Shown here one piece after another: positions 9,962 to 18,740 of a DNA stretch of 34,224 nt. How positions within the stretch are numbered: the stretch's first letter is position 1; each line of letters begins with the position of its first letter. Source of the stretch: a virus (taxonomy: Duplodnaviria > Heunggongvirae > Uroviricota > Caudoviricetes); IMG/VR virus record IMGVR_UViG_2563366968_000004, positions 1 through 34,224 of that record; one strand, given 5' to 3'. The translations under genes were made by a program, and so were the position numbers. Under the pieces are notes generated by a model. That model saw nothing but the letters and a program-made list of their open reading frames with translations. It did no database searches and was not told the origin of the DNA.

Positions 9962-10688
9962 CTATTGCATACCGCAGGGAATGACCAGAACGGAGCGCGA
10001 AGAATTAAAAAGTTTCGCTACACAGTGCGGGAATGCTGGCGACATCCAAAGTCTGGAACGCACTTTAATTATGATTGCGCACTGGATGCGTCAGGGGCAA
10101 AGGGTTTCATTTACTGAATATGCCAGCCAGTGGACAGAGGCACAGCGCGAACGGAGCGACGGTAATCACTCAACACCCGAAATGGCGAAGCAATGGCCTT
10201 TCAGTGGTAAACGCTGTATCAGTCCCGGTGGTTCAGATTATTACCCTGCTGGTGTGGGAGATGAGCCATGTTGTGACGAGACTGAAATCCGCCACGCAGT
10301 GACAGTAATTACCGCTGAATACCCACAATTTAACCTTGACGGACTGGCGCTCCACAACCGGAATGCGGACTGGGAAAACCCGCTTGATAACCCGTCATTT
10401 ATCGTATCGGCGAAAAGCTGCCTGAGATGGATCAGAGACAACGGGATGAGTAATGCCCAGATTGAGAGCTTCCCGCAGGATAACCCCACATCTGACACGT
10501 TGAAGCATGAAGTGGAGCGATATAACCAGATAAACCACCAGCACAGTGATCACCCGCACTATATCCCCAACGGAGCATTTATTGCGGCGATGGTGGCAAG
10601 CGGCTACAAGGTTAAGCCAGCGGGAAGAATGAACGCATTTTTCAATATTTCAAAAAAAGGATTATGTGCTGCTATGGGTAAAAATTAA
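9951..10688 (+). CDS. Hypothetical protein (245 aa)
   Basis: ATG overlaps the upstream ORF; no family recognised. Confidence 0.55.
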   Translation: MNNNYCIPQGMTRTEREELKSFATQCGNAGDIQSLERTLIMIAHWMRQGQRVSFTEYASQWTEAQRERSDGNHSTPEMAKQWPFSGKRCISPGGSDYYPAGVGDEPCCDETEIRHAVTVITAEYPQFNLDGLALHNRNADWENPLDNPSFIVSAKSCLRWIRDNGMSNAQIESFPQDNPTSDTLKHEVERYNQINHQHSDHPHYIPNGAFIAAMVASGYKVKPAGRMNAFFNISKKGLCAAMGKN

Positions 10689-10691
10689 ATA

Positions 10692-10800
10692 AATGGTACA
10701 GGTCTGTACAGGTGGGGAGAGGTCATTTTTACCCACCTGTACCACCTGCAGGCCGCGCTACACAAGGGTTTGTGACATGGTGGTACAGGTGGTACAGCAA
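10692..10800. repeat. Second iteron cluster (GGTACAGG / CCTGTACC in both orientations); candidate crr-like cis replication region
   Basis: GGTACAGGTCTGTACAGGTGG, CACCTGTACCACCTGCAGG and GGTGGTACAGGTGGTACAGC read directly; same core as the 9582-9690 cluster. Confidence 0.5.
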
Positions 10801-11162
10801 AAACAGCGATTTTCTTTATAAGGTATGTTTTGCTCATCTGGCAGACGGAGGTATTCGCTGCGGTTTGGCACGTAGCCCAGAACAGCAAAGAGTTTTACGA
10901 GACTTTTGTAAAATCCAGTGTACAAGGGCGTGACGTTTTTGAAGGAGAGACCTACGAAATTTTCGTAGTTCAAAAAATAGCCTCTGAGATGTTGTTATGC
11001 CTGTTCAGCAAACCATCCGCATAGCTGATCGCGAATCAAATTACCAATGGAGCCAGAAGCAAGGGCAGAACTGGAAAGCGCCTGCCGTGAAGAGTAATGC
11101 GACATCATAAATATAGTTTTTAGAGTCCATAAAAAACCTGTCAAAACCTGACATACAGAACG

Positions 11163-11196
11163 ATGCCACCAGCTACTGAGCGGTGGCATTTTTTTG
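11163..11196 (+). terminator. Rho-independent terminator (GCCACC-loop-GGTGGC followed by TTTTTTT)
   Basis: ATGCCACCagctactgagcGGTGGCAT then a T7 run, read directly; insulates the downstream operon. Confidence 0.55.
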
Positions 11197-11290
11197 TGCT
11201 ATTTGTTTCATATTTTGCAATCACAATGATGAATGTTGCGTTTTGTGAAACTATAATGACTGTTGTTTTATACAGTTCTAAGGGGACGTT

Positions 11291-11464
11291 ATGGCTATTT
11301 CAGTAAAGCCAGTATTGATAAGTGAGAAGCAAATGGAAGCGATAAAGAAAATTCAGGAGGAGCAGCGTAAAAAATCAGAGGTAGGAGTTGCGCCAACGAT
11401 CCACGAAATTGCTCGGGGATTAATGGATAAGGCGCTGGCTTACACTTTAACTGGACGTGGGTAA
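11291..11464 (+). CDS. Small protein (57 aa), possibly a ribbon-helix-helix type DNA-binding protein; first gene of the cargo operon
   Basis: AAGGGG RBS 6 nt upstream of the ATG; TATAAT at 11253-11258. Absent from the ORF track (below 60 aa). Stop is 5 nt before the next ATG. Confidence 0.45.
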   Translation: MAISVKPVLISEKQMEAIKKIQEEQRKKSEVGVAPTIHEIARGLMDKALAYTLTGRG

Positions 11465-11468
11465 ATTT

Positions 11469-12935
11469 ATGGCTACTTGGCAACAAGGAATCAACTCAGG
11501 CGGTTTTCTGGCTGGCATCGGTACGCAAAACGAGAATGCGCCAAAGGCAAGCGACATTAACGCAACGCTTGGTCTGATCCGCGAAAACAATGAACTGGCT
11601 CGCTCAGGTGCAAATAACGTTGCTCTGACAGGTCTTCGTGGTCTGGCTGGAGTTGCTGATATTTATAAGCAGCAGCAACAGCAGGAGCGTAAAGCGGCAT
11701 TCCAGAAAGGTTATGCAGATGCTTATGCGTCCGGTGACAGGGAGCAGATGCGTAATCTTATTACAGCATTCCCAGAAGAGTTTGAGGAAGTCCGTAAAGG
11801 GATGAGTTATGTCGATGATGCTCAAAGGGATGATTATGGCAATCTGGCGCTCAAAGCACAGGTAGCCTCATCGCTTGGTCCGGGCGCATTTGGCAGGTTC
11901 ATGATGGATAATGAGCAGGAGATGCGTCGTTTAGGTATCCCTCCAGAAACTATTGCTGAAATGCAGGTTAATGACCCGCAGGGCTTCCAGCATTTCGCAG
12001 GTAATCTGGCGCTGTTTTCTCTCGGTCATGAGAAGTATTTCGATATCAAAGATCAAATGGAAGGTCGGGATATTGAGCGTGGCAAGTTGGCAGAGACAAT
12101 CCGCAGCAATCAGGCTGGCGAAGCACTTCAGGCGAGAGGGCAGGATATTAGCCGAGCAAATGCGTTAACGTCAGCATATGCACCAACAGCAGCAATGCAG
12201 AATTACAATCAGTACGCGCAAATGTTAAAGGCGGATCCAGAGGGGGCGGCGGCATTTGCGGCAGCGGCTGGAATTAATACAAACGCCAAAAAATTAATGA
12301 GTGTTAGAGAAAACGATGATGGCACTGTCACAAAATACTACACAGACGGAAGTGAAGAGCAGGGAAAACTAAACCAGCCAATATCTGGAGATGGGTTTCG
12401 TCCAATAGCTTTGCCAACAGCCCAAAAGATCATGGAAAAGTCGCCAGAAGGGGCTAAAAAAGCTGCTGGATTTGCATACAGGGTTAGGGATGCTCTTGAT
12501 TCAATAGATACACTGAAAGACCAGCTTAGCCCACAGCGAGTGGCGATCATTAATAATGCTTTGGGTAATGGGACGCTGGCTAACTTAACGCTCAGCCCAG
12601 CAGAGCAGCAATACGTTGTTAATGCTAATGACGCAATAATGGCAATACTCCGTCAGGAAACAGGGGCATCTATCCTACCAGCTGAAATGTCCAAATATTA
12701 TCAAATGTATTTCCCTCAGCCTGGTGATTCCACAAAAACCATTGATACCAAGCGCCGGAAGATGGAAAACCAGTTCAATTCGCTGAAAGCTGCTTCTGGT
12801 CGAACTTATGATGCTTTGCGGGTTATTTCAGCAGTTGACAGAGGAACTGCTTCTTCGTCGCAGACATTGCCGCAATCTGAGCAGGTATCACAGCCAGCAG
12901 CCAGCAGTAACTTTTCTTCACTATGGGGTGATTAA
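11469..12935 (+). CDS. Large Ala/Gln-rich hypothetical protein (488 aa from ATG 11469; 492 aa if GTG 11457 is used)
   Basis: Long ORF with good coding character, poly-Q tract (QQQQQ), predicted helical/coiled-coil; no catalytic motif recognised by eye. Confidence 0.7.
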   Translation: MATWQQGINSGGFLAGIGTQNENAPKASDINATLGLIRENNELARSGANNVALTGLRGLAGVADIYKQQQQQERKAAFQKGYADAYASGDREQMRNLITAFPEEFEEVRKGMSYVDDAQRDDYGNLALKAQVASSLGPGAFGRFMMDNEQEMRRLGIPPETIAEMQVNDPQGFQHFAGNLALFSLGHEKYFDIKDQMEGRDIERGKLAETIRSNQAGEALQARGQDISRANALTSAYAPTAAMQNYNQYAQMLKADPEGAAAFAAAAGINTNAKKLMSVRENDDGTVTKYYTDGSEEQGKLNQPISGDGFRPIALPTAQKIMEKSPEGAKKAAGFAYRVRDALDSIDTLKDQLSPQRVAIINNALGNGTLANLTLSPAEQQYVVNANDAIMAILRQETGASILPAEMSKYYQMYFPQPGDSTKTIDTKRRKMENQFNSLKAASGRTYDALRVISAVDRGTASSSQTLPQSEQVSQPAASSNFSSLWGD

Positions 12936-15040
12936 TGGCTAAAGCATGGAAAGATGTTATCGCCTCTCCACAGTATCAGGCGTTAGCACCAGAACAAAAA
13001 GCGCAGGCTCAGGAGCAATACTTCAATGAAGTCGTTGCCCCGAAAGCCGGAGAAAGTGTAGAGCAGGCTAAGCAGGCTTTTTATGCTGCCTATCCACTAC
13101 CATCAACGAATGCAATAGACCGATCCCAATCAGCAACTCAAAATATTCAACATACATCATCTGATAATTCTCTTGCGTCAGGGTATGCAAAGTTAGCTAC
13201 TCAGCAAAGAGAGGGGCTTGAGCGTTCAGCAGAACAGGGAGCCAGTCTTGGGGCTGCGATGCGCGATGCTATAACAGGCGAAAGCCGAATGACTCCAGAG
13301 ATGGAGAGACTGCAAAATGTCGCCTCTGCCCCAGAATTGAACTCACTAAGCATGGATGCCCTAAAGGCTGGATGGTCTCAACTTTTCGGCTCTGACGCGT
13401 CTCAGGAAAAGATTCTTCAGGGAATGGGGGCGACATTAAGGCAGGATGAGAAGGGGAATACTATCGTTTCTCTGCCATCAGGTGATTATGCCCTGAACAA
13501 GCCGGGTTTATCACCGCAAGACCTGACCTCGTTTCTTGCTAATGCGTTGGCGTTTACACCAGCGGGCAGGGCCGGAACGGTGCTGGGGGCCATAGGAAAA
13601 TCAGCAGCTACAGATTTAGCACTACAGGGAGCCACCAGCCTTGCTGGTGGAGAAGATATTGATCCGTTACAAACGGTAATTTCTGCTGGCATTGGTGGTA
13701 TTGGTAAGGGGCTGGAAAATACAGCGAGTGCGGTTTCGAGGGCTGTTCGTGGTGATATGTCGCCTGAAGCAAAGGCTGCTGTCGACTTTGCATCGGAAAG
13801 AAATCTGCCGTTAATGACCAGTGACATGCTGAAAGATAAAACCTTTATGCAGAGTCAGGCTCAGACATTAGGCGAAAGAGTTCCTTTTTTTGGAACCGGT
13901 AAGAATCGGCTGAATCAACAACAAGCACGAGAAAATTTAGTCAGAACATTTAGCGATGGTCTGGGTGGCATTTCTGATAAACAGCTTTATGAATCTGCGA
14001 CTAAAGGGCAACAAAAATTCATTGAGGCAGCAGGAAAGCGATATAACCGCATAATTGACGCTATGGGGGATACCCCTGTCGATCTCTCAAACACGGTAAA
14101 AGCTATCGACAATCAGATTGCCGTGTTAAGCCGCCCGGGCAAATCTCAGGATAGAGCCGCGGTAAAAGTCTTGCAGCAATTTAAAGACGATATCACCAGC
14201 GGACCAAATGACCTGCGTCTGGCGAGGGAAAACAGAACCGATCTTCGAAAGCGATTTATGGCGTCATCTGACACTGTTGATAAAGATACGCTCCAGAAAG
14301 CCAGCGATATTATCTACAAGGCATATACGGCGGATATGAAAAAAGCCGTAGCCAAAAATCTTGGAGCAGACGAAGCCATTAATATGGCAAGGGTTGATCG
14401 CTCATGGTCTAAATTCAATGACATGATGGGAAGAACGCGCGTTCAAAAGGCAATAGCCAGCGGCAAGGCCACGCCTGAGGATGTAACAAAACTCGTTTTT
14501 AGCCAAAGCCCATCAGAACGTTCTCAGCTTTACAGGCTTCTGGATGACAATGGTAGGCAAAACGCACGAGCAGCCATAGTTCAGAATGCTGTAGATAAGG
14601 CGACTGATCCGTCTGGAAATATCAGTGTTGAGAAGTTTATTAATGCGTTACACCGGAACAGGAAGCAATCAGCAACTTTCTTTAAAGGCGTACATGGAAA
14701 GGAACTGGACGGCGTTATTAAATACCTCAACGATACAAGACACGCGGCAAAAGCGAACGTTCAAAACTTAAATGGTCAGCAGCTTTATGGATTGTTAGTT
14801 GGTGGTGGCATCATAAACGCAGCAGTATTAGCGGGGATGCTAAAAACGGCTGCGTTTGTTGTTCCTGCTGCTGGTGCCGTAGGCGGAGCAGCGAAGGCAT
14901 ACGAAAGCCCTGTTATACGAAATGCCTTGTTACGTCTGGCAAATACGCCAAAAGGTAGCACAGCATATGACAGAGCGATCAGTACGGTCACACAATCGCT
15001 CACCAGAGTCGCACAGGCATCACAAAAAGAATCTCAATAA
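12935..15040 (+). CDS. Large Ala/Gln-rich hypothetical protein (701 aa) with C-terminal Gly/Ala-rich hydrophobic hairpin
   Basis: TAATG overlap with the upstream gene. Hydrophobic glycine-zipper segment LYGLLVGGGIINAAVLAGMLKTAAFVVPAAGAVGGAAKA at about 14783-14900; no canonical Walker A. Confidence 0.75.
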   Translation: MAKAWKDVIASPQYQALAPEQKAQAQEQYFNEVVAPKAGESVEQAKQAFYAAYPLPSTNAIDRSQSATQNIQHTSSDNSLASGYAKLATQQREGLERSAEQGASLGAAMRDAITGESRMTPEMERLQNVASAPELNSLSMDALKAGWSQLFGSDASQEKILQGMGATLRQDEKGNTIVSLPSGDYALNKPGLSPQDLTSFLANALAFTPAGRAGTVLGAIGKSAATDLALQGATSLAGGEDIDPLQTVISAGIGGIGKGLENTASAVSRAVRGDMSPEAKAAVDFASERNLPLMTSDMLKDKTFMQSQAQTLGERVPFFGTGKNRLNQQQARENLVRTFSDGLGGISDKQLYESATKGQQKFIEAAGKRYNRIIDAMGDTPVDLSNTVKAIDNQIAVLSRPGKSQDRAAVKVLQQFKDDITSGPNDLRLARENRTDLRKRFMASSDTVDKDTLQKASDIIYKAYTADMKKAVAKNLGADEAINMARVDRSWSKFNDMMGRTRVQKAIASGKATPEDVTKLVFSQSPSERSQLYRLLDDNGRQNARAAIVQNAVDKATDPSGNISVEKFINALHRNRKQSATFFKGVHGKELDGVIKYLNDTRHAAKANVQNLNGQQLYGLLVGGGIINAAVLAGMLKTAAFVVPAAGAVGGAAKAYESPVIRNALLRLANTPKGSTAYDRAISTVTQSLTRVAQASQKESQ

Positions 15041-15058
15041 CTGGTTAGCCATGGATGG

Positions 15059-15478
15059 CTAATTTTTGTTCTTTGCTCTCATCCATAGGTAAAGAAGGGA
15101 AAGAACAAGACAAAAAACAGAGAATAGATAACCTACCTCATATGGTGCGCCAAAAAAATTAGCTATTGATACGGGCAAAAAAGCTGAAGCGATCAAAATT
15201 GAAAGGCAAAAAATAAGCCCAGTAATATAGTTTATTAAATTCTTAAATGAGAAACGTTTTGCTTGATTTACGGTCTTAACGAACGATCGCTTAACGACGG
15301 ATAAAAGCAAATAGATGGCGACAGTTGCTAATGCCCCTTTCCACCAGTCTGGATATAGTTTTGCGACAATCAGACCAAGTAAAACCATGATGACAGCCTG
15401 AGCATTCACACCAACCCTCCCTTTAGCTTTGTTTAGAATGGCAATCATCATATATCCAAGACATGGCATTTGGTACAT
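15059..15478 (-). CDS. Small integral membrane protein (139 aa, about 4 TM helices), convergent to the 701 aa gene
   Basis: Four hydrophobic segments in the translation; stop is 18 bp from the stop of the 701 aa gene. Start codon uncertain (several in-frame Met, no strong SD). Confidence 0.6.
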   Translation of the reverse strand: MYQMPCLGYMMIAILNKAKGRVGVNAQAVIMVLLGLIVAKLYPDWWKGALATVAIYLLLSVVKRSFVKTVNQAKRFSFKNLINYITGLIFCLSILIASAFLPVSIANFFGAPYEVGYLFSVFCLVLSLLYLWMRAKNKN

Positions 15479-15595
15479 AGCTTGGGTCGGGATTTCAAAT
15501 CCGCTCCCAGTTGATGGGGCCGTTACAGTACGCGCATATCCGCTTTATGTGAAACAGGAAGATTTTTCTGATATCACTGCCACAGCAAAACACCA

Positions 15596-15618
15596 ATTTC
15601 GAGACAAGTACGCGCGCG
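15596..15618 (+). repeat. Direct repeat copy A: ATTTCGAGACAAGTACGCGCGCG
   Basis: One of three copies of ATTT(C/T)G-GACAAGTACGCGCGCG (also 15880 and 18178); contains alternating CG. Related degenerate copies at 15525-15543 and 15659-15680. Confidence 0.4.
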
Positions 15619-15879
15619 AGGGGTATCAGTTGCAAAAAATTTTGCAACTACGTCCGACCAGTACGCGCACGATGGAGGGGAGTACCATAAAACTGTTCTC
15701 TACATAAGTCAGAGTAGTGGTGATGTGTTGATTATCGGCGTATATGCGCACAGGACGCGCTATGACGATGTTTTATGCGGGTACACCAATCACATGTATC
15801 TGGTGTGATAAATCGCGTTACATGACCTCTCATGTTGTGCTGGTGGTTATCACGACTTTCTGAATCTGGCCTTTGCCTG

Positions 15880-15908
15880 ATATTTTGCGACAAGTACGCG
15901 CGCGTAGC
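15880..15908 (+). repeat. Direct repeat copy B: ATTTTGCGACAAGTACGCGCGCGTAGCA (contains 12-bp palindrome TACGCGCGCGTA)
   Basis: Read directly; lies about 380 bp upstream of the Abi gene. Confidence 0.4.
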
Positions 15909-16283
15909 ATCGAAATTATCGGATGGCGTATGCTGCTGGCAATATGAAGACCGATAGTATTAACCGAAAAGCGATTAAGGAGTGCCAACTTTTCAGTAGA
16001 GAAACTAGCCAGCATAGGAAAATGTAGAAATTACCCAATTAATAGGTAAAAGTTATTGACACAGCCTGTAGTGGATAACGATATGAATAAAAACCACATA
16101 TAGTGGTTTTTCGTGAGTGATGATAGTACCTATGTTAGTTTCCTAAGTAACTGTGCATTGACATGTGGATAACTTCGGATAGAGTTACACTCAACTGAGC
16201 CCGGCCCCCTGGCTTTATCTTGTCTTAGATGAGAAATTGTTATGGCCGGGCCTTCTTGTATCTGGAGGTAGGAAACCTTTTGT

Positions 16284-17246
16284 ATGGCTGTTCCGGTTAA
16301 GGTTCATAAAGAATATGATGAACTTGTCGATTTATTGCTGTCTCGGGGTATGGATGTGCCAGATCGCGAACATGCTATCAAGAAAATCTCACAAGTAGGC
16401 TACTACCGATTATCAGGCTTTTGGTACCCCTGCCGAATCCCCCATATAACAACAGACAATATTAGAACCAGACTCGATCAGGTTCGTCCAGGTACTAATT
16501 TTCGCGCAGTATATGACCTCTATTTATTCGATAAAAATCTGCGTTTGCAGATGATGAATGCGTTAGAACGCATTGAGGTTTATGTTCGGTCAGTTATTGC
16601 TCATGAGCTTGGTAAGATATCTCCTTTAGCATATCTTGATGACTCGCTAATAAATCCAAAACACTTTAGACCACGTTCCCATGGTCGCCCAAGCGCCAGA
16701 GAAGAATGGATAAATAAACATAATGCCGAGATTGCTAAAAGTCGCGAAGACTTTATCAAATGGCATGAAAACAAGTACGAAGGTCTTCCTTTCTGGGTGG
16801 TTATTGAAGTGTGGGACTTCGGCTTAATGTCAAAGTATTATGCGATGCTAAAAGACAGCTATCGCAACAGGATACTATCTAGGCTAGGGATAGCGGCAGG
16901 CAATGGAGCTATCTTCCAAAACTGGCTTAGCGCAATGAATGTGCTAAGGAATCGGTGCGCTCACCATTCACGCATCTGGAACAAGGTCAACGAACCAAGA
17001 TTAATGCCTTTGCCAAATGAGCCGTACTTTGAACAATTAAATATGAATGATGATGCGTACGAAAGAATGTACGGAATGATCGCTGTGTTATGGTTTTTAG
17101 TGAAAAAAATTGGACCGGGATCTGACTGGATAAAAAAAGTTGCCAACCTTGTAGATAACAAGCCTAACTTACCAGGATGTAACCTGACAGCCATGGGATT
17201 ACCTGATAATAACGGTTTCCCAAGGCATTTATTTGATATTGAATAA
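16284..17246 (+). CDS. Abortive infection protein, Abi_2 family (AbiD/AbiF-like), 320 aa
   Basis: N-terminal region (LLSRGMDV..., QVGYYRLSGFWYP, VYDLYLFDKNLRLQMMNALERIEVYVRSVIAHE) matches the Abi_2 family pattern. AT-rich gene with a roughly 800 bp AT-rich leader. Confidence 0.8.
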   Translation: MAVPVKVHKEYDELVDLLLSRGMDVPDREHAIKKISQVGYYRLSGFWYPCRIPHITTDNIRTRLDQVRPGTNFRAVYDLYLFDKNLRLQMMNALERIEVYVRSVIAHELGKISPLAYLDDSLINPKHFRPRSHGRPSAREEWINKHNAEIAKSREDFIKWHENKYEGLPFWVVIEVWDFGLMSKYYAMLKDSYRNRILSRLGIAAGNGAIFQNWLSAMNVLRNRCAHHSRIWNKVNEPRLMPLPNEPYFEQLNMNDDAYERMYGMIAVLWFLVKKIGPGSDWIKKVANLVDNKPNLPGCNLTAMGLPDNNGFPRHLFDIE

Positions 17247-17247
17247 A

Positions 17248-17703
17248 TTATAGCGATGGCGCTGAATGTAGCGCCACTGATAACTTTTCAGCATTGCTTC
17301 CCTGACGCTTCCACGCGCTGTAAATATCTTTATCCCATGCCTTACCAGCTTTTGTTTGATAGCCTGCTTCATTGATCCGTTCAGCTATCACGCGCCCATT
17401 ATCAAATCCCTGTCGGATGGTATCGGCAATGATCTTTATAACTGCCGTTTCGTTATATGGCTTTGGTGGGATGTTCGGCTTTCCGGCAATAAGCGACGCA
17501 GCGGCTTTTTCCATGCGCTCCACCAGCCCAAGCATTCGTGAATCAATAGACTTTTCCGGCTGTCCCAGCTTCATGCGAATCGCATCAACAAGCCAGGAGG
17601 TTTTATCCCCTCCAGAAGCGAGAACAGACCGATTAAACTCATCCTGCAATTCAGATGGGATGCGGAACGCGACCAGATTAGATTTGCTCATTGCAAAGAC
17701 CAT
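17248..17703 (-). CDS. Putative DNA-binding protein with N-terminal ribbon-helix-helix-like motif (151 aa)
   Basis: N-terminus NLVAFRIPSELQDEFNRSVLASGGDKTSWLVDAIRMKL resembles the CopG/Arc RHH fold; stop is 1 bp from the Abi stop (convergent). Confidence 0.55.
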   Translation of the reverse strand: MVFAMSKSNLVAFRIPSELQDEFNRSVLASGGDKTSWLVDAIRMKLGQPEKSIDSRMLGLVERMEKAAASLIAGKPNIPPKPYNETAVIKIIADTIRQGFDNGRVIAERINEAGYQTKAGKAWDKDIYSAWKRQGSNAEKLSVALHSAPSL

Positions 17704-17715
17704 ATCAGTGAGTAA

Positions 17716-17750
17716 TATCCATACAGTATACCACTGTATAACACTGTTAT
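17716..17750. promoter_or_regulatory. Operator-like palindromes in the divergent promoter region (TACAGT-N5-ACTGTA and GTATAACA-C-TGTTATAC)
   Basis: Perfect inverted repeats read directly between the divergently oriented RHH-like and PerC-like genes. Confidence 0.3.
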
Positions 17751-17855
17751 ACGCTCAAATATCAGCCAGAAAATAACGGACCAATCACAAAGCTATCGCT
17801 GTGTTGTTGGTTCAGAGCTGGGCTGTGTTGGTTCAAAATAATCTGAGAGGCAGAA

Positions 17856-18137
17856 ATGATAAGGGACAGGAAAGCTGAAGAGCTGGAGTCAAAAGGGCTA
17901 TACCGGAGAGCTGCCGCACGATGGATGGAAGTCATGCTGTTATGCACCGAGGACGATGATCGGGAATGGATAAAGCGCCGCCGTGAAACGTGTCTGGAGA
18001 ACGTGAAGCGCCCGCCCGTGAAGGTTGAGGACTTTGGCGACCTGCATAAAGCTGTTACCGAAACGCAACACCGCATGGGGATAGCGCAACCGAACGGTAA
18101 CGCCTTCCGGTTAAATGGCGGCAAGAGGCAAAGGTAG
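17856..18137 (+). CDS. PerC-family transcriptional regulator (93 aa)
   Basis: Signature ELESKGLYRRAAARWMEVML is characteristic of the PerC family. Confidence 0.7.
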   Translation: MIRDRKAEELESKGLYRRAAARWMEVMLLCTEDDDREWIKRRRETCLENVKRPPVKVEDFGDLHKAVTETQHRMGIAQPNGNAFRLNGGKRQR

Positions 18138-18177
18138 ACCACCAGAGGGAAATCATCCTCTGGCTGGCGGTTTCTGG

Positions 18178-18208
18178 TATTTCGGGACAAGTACGCGCGC
18201 GCGTAGCA
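18178..18208 (+). repeat. Direct repeat copy C: ATTTCGGGACAAGTACGCGCGCGCGTAGCA (14-bp palindrome TACGCGCGCGCGTA)
   Basis: Same motif as 15596 and 15880; copies B and C bracket the Abi/RHH/PerC module. Confidence 0.4.
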
Positions 18209-18434
18209 CCCAATCGGTGAGGAAATAGCGGCGACCTGAATGGTCAAAATCACAACGCAGCTATCCCCGTAAGCAGCGCTTAACGGAATAGCAGTAACCT
18301 GAATCCAGTGGGGAGGGGGTAGTCAAATCTCTACAGCCCTGACTATCCGGGACTGCCCGCCCCATCGTTTTTTTATACCCGCGAAAAATGAAATTTAATC
18401 CGGGCGTGTTTCATCCTTCCAGAGGGTATGACGT

Positions 18435-18620
18435 ATGACACCACGCGAAATAGCCTTATTGACCATCGCCAAACTTGAGCACGGAGGCCACCAGCTTACA
18501 CAGGCAGATCAACGGGAGATAGAACGATCAGTTAATGCCGATATAGCCCGGCGCGACAGGTTCCGCGAAATGATGCGAGCACCTGCCTACCAGTGGAAGA
18601 AGCCAGCGCCGCGCAGGTAG
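18435..18620 (+). CDS. Hypothetical small basic protein (61 aa)
   Basis: ORF with GAGGG RBS; no family recognised. Confidence 0.35.
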   Translation: MTPREIALLTIAKLEHGGHQLTQADQREIERSVNADIARRDRFREMMRAPAYQWKKPAPRR

Positions 18621-18740
18621 ATATGGGATTATTCCACATGTAACTTATGCGTATTAAGCAAATTTCCTTTATTCACCTTTACAGAATTGTGAGTACGTCA
18701 GTATCGTTATCCTTCCGATTCGCATTTATTCAGGATTTGC

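Noticed and set aside
10712-11189. ORFs 10712-10933, 10758-10973, 10830-11024 and 10995-11189
   Set aside because: Mutually overlapping on both strands within the iteron-rich region and lacking RBS; more likely non-coding DNA.
13486-13827. Antisense ORFs (113 aa and 61 aa) inside the 701 aa gene
   Set aside because: Antisense to a long, well-behaved ORF; no independent support.
16069-16170. DnaA-box-like sequences (GTGGATAAC, two copies) upstream of the Abi gene as a possible chromosomal-type origin
   Set aside because: Only two copies and no adjacent AT-rich 13-mer array; more likely part of promoter or regulatory architecture, and reported only within the Abi finding.
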